Shown piece by piece: positions 20,480-33,109 of a stretch of DNA of 44,366 bases. The notes under the pieces were generated by a model, which saw nothing but the letters and a program-made list of their open reading frames with translations, did not search any database and was not told the origin of the DNA. Origin of the DNA: Folioceros fuciformis (Eukaryota); the NCBI GenBank assembly GCA_049999805.1, contig JBNGIO010005803.1:1-44366 (forward strand). Reading direction: 5' to 3'. Numbering within the stretch: position 1 is the first letter of the stretch; each line of letters begins with the position of its first letter. Both the position numbers and the translations under genes were made by a program.

Positions 20480-22326
20480 CGCGCGGGCTCAAACATGAGG
20501 CACTTAGAACAAGTCTATCCAGGCCCTGCAGGGCGACATGGTGCTTCTGTGCGTGCCACAGTGTGTATGTGTAGGAACGTTTCACACGGGATGCCTGAAA
20601 AGGTTCGATCTCATTTCACTCCCTGGTACCTTAAACGATCGCATCCCGACTTTATTACGAAAAACAATTATTACCTAGGTGATATATACATATAATTGAG
20701 ACGTACAAAGTTTCATGCGGACTATTTCTTGGTGGTATACCATGGTACAAATTGAAATCCGTCCTTATGAATTGTGAAAGAAGTTGTGATAAACTTCTTC
20801 TTTGTTAGAACTTTTCAAAGTTTTATCAAATAATATGCAAAAGTATTTCATACTTAAGAAAGAAATTTGTTGCATATCATGCTTGAAGGAAGGAGATTCT
20901 AGTTTTTCCTCCATGGCATCTTCCATTAAGAAGAGTTTTCCTTCTCGTTGCAAAGAATTCTTTGGACAATGTGTCATAGTGAGACTTCTTTCAACAATGT
21001 GTCTCCTCCACTTTACAAAGTTGGCTAATACAGTCTTTTAAGACATTTCACATTTTCATCATTTGATATTTAGACATAATAGAATAATAGGTAATTATGC
21101 AAGTGAAACTCGGGAGGGCTAGTCCCCTTTCTCACTAACCCCTTTTCTTGAACTTCATCCCCTTAGATTGTTCTCTTCGTTTTTTTTTTATATTGGTACA
21201 TAGATCTTCTATATCTTTTCCAATAAAATTAATGACATGTTTCAATTACCTTATAGAAGTATAATGTGTATACATACACAAACATTCATATACATATAAA
21301 TATAATATGCACGTACATTACAACATCATTACATCATGATAGAACCATTGAAGAGAAGAATACAAATATCTCATATAAAGAGAAGAATATGCCCATACCT
21401 TCTAGTGATGTCTCATACATAATGATAAGCTCGTCTTCAAGTTGCCTCGGAGGGTAACATAATATAATCATAAGCTTGCCTTCAAGTACCAATAATACCA
21501 GAAGTACTTCATCTTGGAAAGAGGTTCCAATTGCAACATCTCATCCCTATCCGGTACTTCCCTCGTTAGTCCCATTGTTCCTAAAACTTAGTGGTGTCAA
21601 AGATTCAGAAGAACCATACCTTTTTGAGTTTCCAAAATAAAACTCTGAAGTGGCCTCCTGGCCCCATGTATCACACGTACGCGATAGATGAATCTTATGA
21701 GCCTTGAATTTCAAAGTTGGAGGACCAGGACTGTGAACTTTGGTCTACATAGCAACTTTGGTCGGAAATGGTACGACAATTTCGAGGATTCTCTTAACGT
21801 GGCATGCCTCCGAATCAGTACCAAAACTTCACCATGTGACTCCCCTGGAAGAATTGACGACCCTGAATAGCAAGTGCATGTGGCCATGAACGAGTAACCT
21901 GTCCCTTGCACGGCAAAAGACAAACACCAACTCCAAAATACACGATTGTCAGCTCAGTGTATACCAACTGAAAAATGCAACCAGTAGGAACTTGCCGGCT
22001 CGAGCAGATATGTCAGGTACTGCACCCTCATCGTGGCAACACAGGTTGAGGGCGTGTGGATCATTTTCCAGTACTTCGTGACAGCTATGGGCAACAGAAG
22101 TTCAGAAGCTCTTTCAAGGGAATTGCATTCCATCAGTTGTACTGGATGTGAATCACGTATGTACACAAATGCACCACAGGTTGGCTTGGGCTTTGAAACT
22201 ATTGGAGTGGAGCGAAAGCTAACATTACCAAAACTGCTCCTCGTCTAGCTTGGTGCCCACATCCAGTATCGGAGACAGCAGGCACACACTATTCAACAGA
22301 GGACATCAATACCAGACCAGACGCGA

Positions 22327-24278
22327 TCATCTCTGACCTTTGGGAGCCCACACGGTCTTGGCCGTTATGATCACTGACCCATCACCCTTCCTCAGGGTAT
22401 GCCACAATCGTGAAGTCCCATCCGGGTTTATGGTTGGCGTCCGAGAAGCTGGTTGCGTGGGGGACCCCATTGCACCTCTTTTAGCCAACGAGGTGTCTTC
22501 TGGGCTAGTGAGGGAAACCACTATGTCTTGCTGATGACATTCCCGACGATACTCCATAGTAATGCTCCTTAGTTCGGATGCGTCTAACACCTCAGACGGT
22601 ACGCTCTGCATCGAATTTCGCTCGCTTTAGAAGAAAAGCCTACGAACTCTTGTGTAACGCACAAAACATGGAGCTGGATTGGTGGAAAGGAACCTCAAGT
22701 ATCCAGGGAATGTACTTGACATTGTTTACATGTCGATTCAAATCCAGATCATTTCGGTGAGGCTGCACGTTTCGGAATAAACACGTCAGCCCGGCATCCC
22801 GCACAAAAATCCGGAGGAGCCCTTATCCCTAGCCTTTGCTAATTGAAGATCAAATAGCATGAACACACGGACATCTCACCTTCAGGCCAGGTTGCACGTA
22901 GGTTGCCGAATCATCCAGCTCTCGAATCTTCTGAAAAACTTCAGTTGAAATGGCATGCTTGTCGTGGAAAAAAGGAGTGACTTCCTCTCTCACTTGGCTG
23001 GGCATTTTTGCCATTCTCCGTGTCTGCATGTTCATGAGCACCCACTGACTGCCAAACGCGTTGTCCAGACGAGCATTCCAAGTTAAGGTCAAGGGCCATT
23101 CTCTGGACAGGGAAGCCATCAAGCGAGAAAACGGCAATTACCTAGTTCCTCGGGCAATAACTCGTTGTGTATCAAAGTCACGGGCAATCCAGTCCCTTCG
23201 CATGCCATTTGACGCCTGACCGTGTGAAGCTACCCATGAGTCTATCTCGATCATACTACCCCTGTCAAACCGCACTCAAATTCAGAAAGAGCGAGGCCGT
23301 AACGATTGGGCAAGGGACTCCAAGATAGTCTAGTCTGTCAGCGATGCGCCAATACTTGAGAGCTCAGCTGCAGCAGCTTGGCATAGGCAATCACAAACAC
23401 ATTGGACAACAAACAAAGCCGCGGAAGGAGAATCCGTACCACGCAGGATATTGGTCAACTTCCACATGCATGCGCCTCACCACCCAAATCAACCCACACT
23501 CAAACATAGCCTTTGTTGATCCAAAACCCCCTGCTCCAATCCCTGAGTATAAAACATGATTCAGCGCAACCTCCTGCCAAAGACCAAACACAAGCAGGAT
23601 TAGACGACTTGGTGGAATCTGAATCTTAGGATACCAGAAATTGCGGTTGGGATCCGCTACCTGAAAAAGATTTGTCACCGTTTCAATGGACGCGGCTTTG
23701 TCGGCCCCGACTTCGGAGTACCGAATCACGAACGCCTGTCTGTAAAGTTCCTTATTCTGCGTGAGGCACCCCTTCCTAAGGGCTTCTAGTGGCCGACTCC
23801 CCGGCACGTGTGGCTCCAGAATGAGACTGGAGAGCGCTACCCTCAGCGCGCAAAGAACATCAGCGGAGGGTAGCCTGACAACTTCACTGGGAGCAGCAAT
23901 GTCAGGGGAGGTAACACCCTGAGCTTCCGGCAGCTTGCTACTGACGACATTGCTCCTGGAAAACCTCTTCCTGCTCCACGTCTTTCCGTAGGCTTCTCCA
24001 AGGAGCGGAAAATTTCGGCAAGCCCCAAACGCTTTCGATCCCCGTGTTCGCCGAACTCTCAGCCCTGCGCACACCTCCGATGTTCCGATGGCAGGCCACT
24101 CCATCTTCAAGTCATTGAACGGGGGGAAGGAAGCAGCTGAACTATGAAGACTGTGGCACATTGTGCTCCGGTCATCACAATCCGAAGCTGTCCTGAGAAT
24201 GGCCTCCGTCCTAGCGGAAAGGTCCACCAGGGCAGGCGATTGGATAGCTCCCATCAGGCTGGCCGAAGAAAATCTCAT
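22327..24278 (-). CDS. Plastid acyl-ACP thioesterase (FatA/FatB family), multi-exon
   Basis: Exons give YRQAFVIRYSEVGADKAASIETVTNLFQ|EVALNH, GFGSTKAM, LIWVVRRMHVEVDQYPAW, NGMRRDWI, WVLMNMQTRRMAKMP, DLDLNRHVNNVKYIPWILE and ITMEYRREC (catalytic N-x-H and Cys motifs). Ser-rich N-terminal extension; first in-frame ATG at 24278 (start uncertain). Confidence 0.92.
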
Positions 24279-24492
24279 TTCACAATTCAACCGATCCTAC
24301 ACGCGCAAGACACACACAACTTCTGTCTCGGGAAAGCAGCAGTCGTCGCAACCACAATCTGCGGACATGCAGAGAAGAGAGACAAAGACTCTCCCGACGG
24401 CCGACAAGCAGCCAGCACAACCAGCGGCAAGCAGGTGGACACACGGCTGCCATTCCCTTGAACCTTAGAAAATACAGCCCCTCGGAAAGCCC

Positions 24493-24502
24493 TATATATA
24501 TA
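24493..24502 (-). promoter_or_regulatory. Putative TATA box of the thioesterase gene
   Basis: TATATATATA in otherwise GC-rich sequence ~215 bp upstream of the ATG. Confidence 0.4.
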
Positions 24503-25000
24503 GCCTACCTCTTCCACCTCCGTCGGTGACGGCGCCTCCACTGTCGTCCGCAGAACCTAAGTTTCAAGAATTCCAAATACAGTCGACTCTCCGTCAAGGG
24601 ATCGTCTCGGAGCGGGCCTGCACGTACAGCTCCCAGTACGAGGTGCCACAGTTCGACTTTTTCTATCATTATTTACAACGAGAAGTATAAGATTTATTTA
24701 AAAATAAACTAAAATCCATAAATATCGTATATTAAATTAATTTTTTATACAAAATTCTATCGTTCAGGCAATGAGGACAAGGATGAACTTTTATGGTGGA
24801 GGTGCTAGGGATTGAGAGAGCACCAAATATAGAGCTTCCATAGCCATGTTGTGCAAAGCTTTTCCACAACCATGTTGTGCAACTTGCTAGTAGTGGCCTC
24901 TCCCTCATAGAGCCTCCAAGCTATCCACTAAAGTGAAGGGTTGCCCCATCCACAAAAGGTTTATGAAGGGCAATAGGACTTGCTCTCTAATGCCTTATTA

Positions 25001-25790
25001 CATCTTGTTGTACTTATTCTTAACCTTGAAAGCCTTAAGAAGAGACAATCTAGTTGGCTCGCATCTTGTTGTACTTATTCTGAAGAGGCCCATCTTGTTG
25101 TACATCTTCGTAACCTTGAAAACCTCAAAAAGAGGATGCGATCTAGTCCACTCTCGCCTTGTTGTACTTCTTAACCTTGAAAGTGTCAGGAACAAGTGAT
25201 TTGGTTTGCTTCCGCCTAGATGTACTTCATAATCTTCTTAACCTTGAAAGTGTCAGAAAGAAGCAATCTAGTATGCTCACACCTTATTGTACTTCTTATC
25301 CTTGAAACTGTCAGGGAGTTGTTGTCTCGTTTGAGCATATCTTGTTGTACTTCTTAACCTTAAAAGAGTCAACAAGAGGCTCACACCTTATTGTACTTCG
25401 TATCCTTGAAAGTGTTAAGGAGATGTTGTCTCATTTGAGCACATCTTGTTGTAATTCTTACCTTTAAAAGAGTCAGCAAGAGGCTCACACGTTATTGTAC
25501 TTCTTATGCTTCAAAGCGTTAAGAAGAGGCTATCCCGTTTGTGTACATCTTGTTGTACTTCTAACCTTGAAAGTGTTGGGAAGAGGCAATCTAGTCTGCA
25601 TTCATCTTGTTGCACGTTTGATCTTGAAAGTGTCAGGAAGAGGTGATCTGGTCTGCTTACATCTTGTTGTACTTCTTATGGAAGACACAATCTATAAACT
25701 CACATCTCATTGTACACACTTGTTCTTGTCCTTGAAAGCCTTCATAAAGAGGTGGTATGTTTGTACTTCTCCTTGAGCTTGAAAGCCACG
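25001..25790. repeat. Degenerate tandem repeat, ~57-60 bp unit (CATCTTGTTGTACTTCTTAACCTTGAAAGTGTCAGGAAGAGG...), roughly 13-14 copies
   Basis: The core TTGTTGTACTT...ACCTTGAAAG recurs at about 45-65 bp spacing through the interval. Confidence 0.85.
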
Positions 25791-25837
25791 AGACTCTGAC
25801 AAATCTCTAGTTGGATAGTTCGTGATGACCAGAGCAA

Positions 25838-26195
25838 AGTATACAATTTGTCACAAGCAAGGAGTAGAGATGCTGTTGCATGCAAATGCAAAGAGTACAA
25901 TTTGTCACAAGCAAGGAGTAGAGATGCTGTCGCATGCAAATGCAAAGAGTAGAGATGTTATTTGTGTGCGTCACCTGCAAGAAGTAGAGATGCTATTTGT
26001 GCGTGTCATATGCAACAAGTAGCGATGCTATCTATGCAACAAGTAGAGATGCTATCTATGCAACAAGTAGAGATACTATCTATGCAACAAGTAGAGATGC
26101 TATCTATGCNNNNNNNNNNACAAGTAGAGATACTATCTATGCAACAAGTAGAGATGCTATCTATGCGTATCCCCTGCATGGAGTAGAGATGCTAC
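25838..26195. repeat. Minisatellite with 24-bp unit ATGCAACAAGTAGAGATGCTATCT, preceded by a ~56-bp duplication sharing the GTAGAGATGCT core; contains assembly gap (N at 26110-26119)
   Basis: Near-perfect 24-bp repeats at ~26010-26167; ten Ns lie inside the array. Confidence 0.9.
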
Positions 26196-27035
26196 CGCAA
26201 ATAAGGTGTAAAGTATAGTGCAAGTTTATTAACTACTAGATCTATTACCAAAACCTAATCACTGTACATATATAAAAAATGAGCCTCAATTACACAACTT
26301 ACATGAAGGACTTTTGCAAGTTATGGCAAACCTGCTCCTTCCATTTCTCAAGTTGTGGCAAACAAGACATAGAGACCTAATGTAACTATTATAACATGAA
26401 TGGCTATAAGTGACTATTGTGACATGAATGGCTGTCAGTCCCCTAATAAACAGGGATCTACATTTCAAGAGTTAGCTACAATAGGCTAAAATTTGCGCTG
26501 TGTACTCCCTTTTCAGTCCCTTTACCCGCCTTGTGGCATGACAGTTTTGGTCATGATCTTCACTGCTCTATGCATTTAGGTAGCACCACTTCTATTGGCA
26601 TTTACTTGTCTGTAGTTTGTCATTGCAGGTTTACGAGCATCGTGGGTTGTCACCGAGGCTTCCCGCTGAGGCTCCGAAGTTGAATAAATTTTATCAATTC
26701 AAAATACTCCATGATTCCGATGCGTTTGCTTCGCTGGGCATGTCCAACACGCTGCACTAGCATAGCCCCCCTCTCCTGTATACCTTGCTGCTGCTACTGG
26801 CATTCTTGCGGGTTGAGATGCACTGGCCAGAAATGGCATCTCCACCCTACATGTAGGATGTATTATGTTAAATCAAATAAAAAGACGGCAAAATGTCACT
26901 GTACAACGATGCCATGAGGAACATTGCATTGGCACAGTCAAAACGCCCACCTCCGATTCCAACCGACAGCTGAGTCTTACTCCCTATTCCCGAATGCAAT
27001 TTTTCACCTGTTGAGCGTTGACTGCTCACTCCTTC

Positions 27036-29948
27036 TCATGGTCGACCTTTACATGTGCAACAACCACCTGCAAATCGATGCACTCTGTACCCATCCCTCA
27101 CAACAATCTCCCTCTTTTCAACTCTTGACATGATCTGTGTGGAACTGTGGCAGTCACTGCACATGCGGAGGTTCTTCGTTACCACCAGAGGTGTGCCAGT
27201 GGGAGTGTTCAACAGACCAAACGCAAGAGCTAGCTTCTCAGCATGCCCGCAAAGAGCATCTTCCTTCTCCTTCTCAGAGAGTGGCTTCAAAGTGAGCTTC
27301 GTGTTTGGTATGTGGCCCCCATCCTGCTTCATTCGTGCATTTGTGCTCTCTATTTGAAGAGCAAGATCGTCTCTTCGTTCTCCCACCACAAATGTATGTA
27401 CCTGCTTGTTCACCTCAATCCCGGCTACAGCAGGTTTCTTGCTAGCTCCTACCAACAATCTCTGTGCTTCAATCCTATCTACGTCACTCCACCTACCTGC
27501 ATCTGCATACGCATTGGCCATGAGCACGTACGAGGATGCACTCTGAGGTTCCAGTCTAACGAGACTTTCAAAACATCGCGTGGCTCTATCGATATCCCCG
27601 TGACTTCTGCAGGCGTTCAGCAAAGACTTCAACCCCACAACATTGCTTTGGCTCTCACATAATCGTAGCATCGTCTCTGCCTCATCTAAATGGCCTGCAC
27701 GCCCAAGAAGATCAACCATGCAGTTGTAGTGCTCTACAGTAGGTTTGATGCCATGCTGTTCGACCATGGAGTCAAAGTACTTGCGACCCTCATTCACAAG
27801 TCCTCCGTGACTGCATGCTACTAACAGGCAAGTGAAGGTGGCATCATCAGGCTTCGTGCCGGCAATTAGCATGTCCTCAAAACAGGCCAGCGCATCGTGA
27901 GCCTCATCACAGAGACCACAACCACCTATCAGGGAGTTCCACGTCACCACATCCTTCGTGGCCAAGCTGTGGAAAACCCGACATGCATCTTCCACAGCGC
28001 CACACTTTGCATACATGTCCACCAGGGAGTTGCCCACCAGTACGCTATCCAGCTGCCCTCTTGCCACAATTTGCGAGTGCAGCTGCCTGCCATTTTGTAA
28101 TGCACCAGCGCCTGCACAAGCATTGAGAAGGCAAGCGAAAGTAACATGGTCACCCACAATCAGACCTTCCTGGTCCATTTCTCCATACAGAACAAGTGCC
28201 TCCTCACCAAGACCTTGCTGTGCATACCCTGCAATCAGGGCTGTCCACGTGACCAAATTTTTTGTAGACAAGCTGTCAAAAACCCTGCGAGCTTCCTCCA
28301 GTTCCCCACATTTTGCATACATATCTACTACGCAAGTCCCCACGATTATGTTATCTAGCTGTCCTCTTTCCACAAGCTGTAAGTGCAGCTGCCTGCCCTT
28401 CTGCAAGGCACCAGCACTTGCACACGCCTTCAGAACGCAAGCAAAAGTGACCTCGTCAGCCACAATCAGACCTTCGCGCTCCATTTGGCCGTACATGTCA
28501 AGCGCCTCCTGCCCGAGGCCTTGCTGTGCATACCCTGCAATCAGGGCATTCCATGTGACAATATCCTTCGAGGCCAAGCTGTCAAACACATGGCGGGCAT
28601 CTTCCAGTTCACCACATTTCACATACATGTCAACCAGGCAGTTGCCGACGAGTACGTTATCTACCTGTCCCCTTTTCACAATCTGTGAGTGCAGCTGCCT
28701 GCCCTCGTACAAGGCACCAACACTTGCACATGCCTTCAGAAGGCAGGCAAAAGTCACATGGTCAGCCACAACCAGGCACTGCTGCTCCATTTGTCCATAC
28801 AGAACAAGCGCCTCTTGGCCCAAACCGTGTTTTGCATACCCAGCGATCAGGGAAGTCCATGTCACAACATCCTTAGTTACCAAGCTGTCAAAAACCCTAC
28901 GTGCATCTTCCAGTTCGCCACATTTTGCATACATATTCACCAGGCAGTTGCCAACAAACAAGCTAGGAGGCATGCCACACTCCCACACATCACGGTGCAC
29001 TCTTCTGCCCGATTCCAAGTCCCCACATGACGCACAAGCCTGAAGCGTTGCGACAAAGATGTGCGCATCTGCCTTTACTCCTGAGCTACGCATTTCTTGG
29101 TACAGTTGCACAGCCACATTGGGTCTCCCTAGTTTCGCATTGGCGGAGATGATGGAATACCAAGTGAAGACACTTGGCCTGCCAACTCTGGTGAACACAT
29201 CCATGGCCTCCGGTAGCCTACCTCCAAATGCATACATACGTAAGATATGATTCCCCACATATGAATCTGACTCGTAGCCAAGCGTGACGATGAGATCATG
29301 AACTCGTCGCCCCAAAACAACATCCTTCTTAACCGCACAAAGCTTCAACACACTACAACAGAGAGAACGAGAGATACGAAAGTCTGCCTGCGCCAGAGAT
29401 TCCAAAGCTCCAACGGCCTCTGGAAGCTTCCCCTGTTGACAAAAAGTGCTTACTGTTGCAGCCGTTACCACGCCCATCTCCGATCCTGCACGCCTGCCAG
29501 GCTCAGGCTTATTCAAAAAGCTCCACTTGGAAAGAGAGGCACCAGAACCCATCTGCATATCCAAAGAAACCAGCTTCCCATCCACCCATGCTGGCTTCCA
29601 CGTGCTGTTTAACCAGAGAACCTCGTCGGACTCCTTGCACCGAAAGTCTGGCGAATCTGAGCTCTTCTTGCCTACTCTGTTATCCCACCACATGGCCGGG
29701 TCCAGAAAAAATCGTCGCCACAAGAGCTCCTGCTCCTGCCCCTGCCCATCTTTATCGGTGGACAATACTTCCCCAGCCATACATTTGCTTGAAGATGCGG
29801 AGCTTCTTACACTGCTGCACCGACACGCTTGGCTGCTCGCCAGAGGTTGTCTCCATAACGTTGAGTGACCAGGAGCTCCAGGTAGAATCCGTGTACACTC
29901 ACCAGTTTGTTGGGCCCATGACGGATCAGCTGGCCACACTTTGGCCAT
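27036..29948 (-). CDS. PLS-class PPR protein with DYW:KP (GRP) domain
   Basis: 970-aa intronless ORF starting MAKVWPADP; three triplets; KKPAVAGIEV, HAEKLA, CSDCH, ends CTCKGRP. Confidence 0.95.
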   Translation of the reverse strand: MAKVWPADPSWAQQTGECTRILPGAPGHSTLWRQPLASSQACRCSSVRSSASSSKCMAGEVLSTDKDGQGQEQELLWRRFFLDPAMWWDNRVGKKSSDSPDFRCKESDEVLWLNSTWKPAWVDGKLVSLDMQMGSGASLSKWSFLNKPEPGRRAGSEMGVVTAATVSTFCQQGKLPEAVGALESLAQADFRISRSLCCSVLKLCAVKKDVVLGRRVHDLIVTLGYESDSYVGNHILRMYAFGGRLPEAMDVFTRVGRPSVFTWYSIISANAKLGRPNVAVQLYQEMRSSGVKADAHIFVATLQACASCGDLESGRRVHRDVWECGMPPSLFVGNCLVNMYAKCGELEDARRVFDSLVTKDVVTWTSLIAGYAKHGLGQEALVLYGQMEQQCLVVADHVTFACLLKACASVGALYEGRQLHSQIVKRGQVDNVLVGNCLVDMYVKCGELEDARHVFDSLASKDIVTWNALIAGYAQQGLGQEALDMYGQMEREGLIVADEVTFACVLKACASAGALQKGRQLHLQLVERGQLDNIIVGTCVVDMYAKCGELEEARRVFDSLSTKNLVTWTALIAGYAQQGLGEEALVLYGEMDQEGLIVGDHVTFACLLNACAGAGALQNGRQLHSQIVARGQLDSVLVGNSLVDMYAKCGAVEDACRVFHSLATKDVVTWNSLIGGCGLCDEAHDALACFEDMLIAGTKPDDATFTCLLVACSHGGLVNEGRKYFDSMVEQHGIKPTVEHYNCMVDLLGRAGHLDEAETMLRLCESQSNVVGLKSLLNACRSHGDIDRATRCFESLVRLEPQSASSYVLMANAYADAGRWSDVDRIEAQRLLVGASKKPAVAGIEVNKQVHTFVVGERRDDLALQIESTNARMKQDGGHIPNTKLTLKPLSEKEKEDALCGHAEKLALAFGLLNTPTGTPLVVTKNLRMCSDCHSSTQIMSRVEKREIVVRDGYRVHRFAGGCCTCKGRP

Positions 29949-30437
29949 CCCACAGGCCCCTCCTTCAGAGAATCAGACCCACAACAAACTACGCAGCCTG
30001 TTGTTGGACTGGCCATAGTTTTGCTTACCACGTTGTCCATTCTGGCATTCAATCATCAGGCTGATATTGGTACATGATAGGTATTTACAAATTTATTGAA
30101 TTTAATCTCAAGAATTCATACCAAAGAGGAATCCATCTGTTTCACAGCGTATTGGCATCTCATGCATCACATGCACGCCCGCAAGGCGAAGAGTGGGGAC
30201 CATCCCAGGTTCCAAGCCCCTTTGACCCCTCCATCCGTGGCCCTGTGGATCATGCTGCTGTTGGAAGGCGTGCGTGTTCTATTTTCTTGTGTAGGCGGCT
30301 ATTCCATCGGTAAACTGTCTGCACTGCCCAGACAAAGCAAGCAGCACTAATGCTGTGGTGATTGACAGGACCTGGGCACCCCGAAACTTCCTGGGTTGAT
30401 TTTGTGTGTCTTATGTTCCCAAATCGGGGTCTGGAAG

Positions 30438-32548
30438 ATGGCCACAGTATGGCAACCGGATGCCCTGTGGGTCCAACAAAATGGTGGGTGTACAGGTATT
30501 CTATCAGACGCTACCGCTCACCACTTGTTGAGTAATCAATCGCCGGCAAGTAGCCATTCCACCAGCTGCAGCAGCGCAGGGAGCCCAACTCTTCCTGGAA
30601 AGTGGATGACCGGGGAACGATTTCCCAGCGATCGCAGTCGCAAGGAGCAAGAGCTCTTGTGGCAACAATTTTTTCTGGACCCTGCAATGTGATGGGATAA
30701 CAGGCGAGGTAAGAAGAGTTGTGGTTCGCCCGATTTCCGCGGAAGGTGTCCGGCGAGGTCCTCTGGTTACACAGCACGTTCAAGTCAGTATGGGTCGATG
30801 AGCAGCTGGTTTCTTTGGATATGCTGGTTTCTTAGTGACTCGCTTCACAAGTCTAGCTCTCCTATTGATCCTGATGCAAGAGCAGATGTGGGTGTCGGAA
30901 CTGCTGTATCAGTGAGCACGTTATGTCTACAGGGGAATCTTACGTGGGCAGTTGAAGCCCTGGAATCTTTGACGCAGGGAGGCTGTTCTATTTCTCAGTC
31001 TCTCTTTTGCAGTGTGCTAAATCTGTGTGCAGCTAAGAAAGATCGGGTTACTGGCAGACGAGGTCATATCTTACTGTGAAACTTGGGTACGAGTCAGATA
31101 CGTTCTTTGGGAACCATGCCTTGCGATTGTATGAAGGCGGAGGAATGCTACAGGAGGCCATGAATGTGTTCACCAGGGTGTGGTGTGGGCAAGTCATATG
31201 CCTTCATGTGGTTTTCCATAATCTCTGCACATGTTAAACTTGGGACACCCAATGAGGCCATCAGACTGTACAACGAGATGTGTAGCTCAGGTTTGCAGGC
31301 GAATGCTCATGTTTTTGTCGCAGCCCTTCAAGCTACGGCCTCTGCCGTGGACTTGGAACCTGGCCAAAAGGTACACCGTGACGTGTAGCACAGCGGCCTT
31401 CCTCCTAACTTCTTTGTTGGTAACTGCTTGGTGGACATTTACGTGCAAGTGCTGGTTCCTTACAGAAGGGCAGGCAGCTGCACTCGCAGATTGTGGGAAG
31501 AGGCCGGCTGGATATCGTCCTGATAGGGAACTGCTTGGTGGACATGTACGCAAAGTGAGGCGAGGTGAAAGATGCACATCATGTTTTTGACAGTTTGGAC
31601 ACCAAGAATCTGGTGACTTGAATGCCTGATAGCTGGGTATGGTTCTTGCCATGAAGGTTGCAAAGCACTGGCTTGTTTTGAGGGGATGGTAATGGCCGGG
31701 ATTCAGCCTGATGATGCTACTTTTACTTGCCTTCTAGTAGCGCGCAGTCATGCAGGGCTGGTGGATGAGAGAGGCATGCACTTTGACGCTATGGTTGAAC
31801 AGCATGGCATCAAATCTACTGTTGAGCATTACAGTTGCATGATAGATCTGCTTGGCGGTGCTGGCCATTTAGGTGAAGGAGAGAACGTGCTACTATCATG
31901 TGAGAGTCAAAGCGATGCTGTGGGCTTGATGGCTTTTCTGAATACCAGCAAAAATCATGGAGATGTGGTTAGAGCGATGCGGTGTTTTGAAAGTCTCGTG
32001 AAACATGGGCTTCAAGTTGCATCTGCGTCTGTGCTCATGGCCAACGACTATGCCAAATGCATGTCGGTGGGCCGATGTTGAGGGATTGAAACACTAAGAA
32101 CGGCATCAGGATCTAACAAGACACCTGCAGTGGCTGGTATTGAGGTGAAGAGGCAGGTACATACCTTTGTAGTGGGAGAGAACAGAGATGATGATGTAGA
32201 TGACATTTGTAGCGGGAGAGAACAGAGAAGCGTGCTCTCAAGCGCCCAAGCTAGAGAGCACACCTCTCAAGCAGGTGGGGGGCTATGCACGACATACAAA
32301 ATTTGTTTCCAAGCCACTCTCTGAGAAGGAGAAAGAAGATGCGGGCACGCTGAGAAGCTTGCTCTTGCGTTTGGTCTCTGGAACACTCCGGCTGGCACAC
32401 CTCTAGTGGTATCCAAGGACTTGAGGATGTGCAGTAACTGCCACAGGTCCACAGATATCCTTTCTAAGGTTGAACACAGAGACATAGTTGTAAGTGATGG
32501 GTACCGAGCGCATCGATTCGCCGCTGGTTGTTGGAGTTGTCACCTTGA
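30438..32548 (+). pseudogene. Pseudogene of the same PPR-DYW:KP family
   Basis: Starts MATVWQPDALW and is collinear with the intact paralogues. Stops at 30690 (TGG>TGA), 31386 and 31556; several frameshifts; central triplets deleted; a deletion just before HAEKL (32346); residual KTPAVAGIEV and CSNCH. Confidence 0.92.
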
Positions 32549-33109
32549 GAATGACAGCTGTAGTACGTAGCCAATTCACGTGTCTTGGGCTCGCCAAACT
32601 ACCTGAATTATTTACGTGCTTCACCGTCAGTCGTGAAGAGCCATGACCTTGATGTCTTCGTGCGTGGGCTTTCTGTAGCTTATTCAGACCTCGCTCACTC
32701 TTGAGAGTAAAGCCTTGGCAACACTTCGGAACATTCGAGAATGTCTGACTGACGTTACAAAAGAGTTTGGCCACATCAATGTTCCCTGCTTCGTGGGTGA
32801 GAGTATATAAACCCAGGAGTCTGACGCGCGTTTTGAAAGCAGACGACAATTCGATCCTCTATTCCCATCCTGGGCTGTGTCCCTCTTCTGATGGAAGGCA
32901 CCATTCTCATGCATGACGATGATACTCGGGGGTGCTCTCTCTGTTCATCTGCAAACAAAGCTGGAACGTTTGCTTCCTATCCACCTGCTCGTCGCATACA
33001 TCGTAGAACAAAAATAAAAGAAACAACACGGGGAAACCAGTATCCTCTGTGAGCCCACGGTAGCTGGGAAGGAGTAGGAGCATGTACCCACGTTCCAAAG
33101 ACAATTTCA

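Noticed and set aside
20660-21620. AT-rich block with short ORFs, possible transposon remnant
   Set aside because: No terminal repeats, target-site duplication or transposase/RT motifs found by eye.
25001-25790. CRISPR-like appearance (conserved core with variable intervening sequence)
   Set aside because: The 'spacers' are homologous to each other, the repeats are degenerate, there are no cas genes and the context is eukaryotic; it is a satellite.
25495-26218. Repetitive ORFs such as MQQVEMLS and YATSRDAI repeats
   Set aside because: These are translations of the tandem DNA repeats whose unit lengths are multiples of three; no evidence of coding.
27958-29043. 361-aa antisense ORF and many similar shorter ones (1031-1678, 14326-14880, 18483-19061, 13063-13608)
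   Set aside because: They are reverse-strand shadows of the PPR/DYW coding repeats; their recurrence follows from the sense-strand codon pattern.
30690-30692. Premature stop in the pseudogene as a possible substrate for RNA-editing repair
   Set aside because: It derives from TGG (U-to-C would give Arg, not Trp), the gene is nuclear, and multiple frameshifts and deletions follow.
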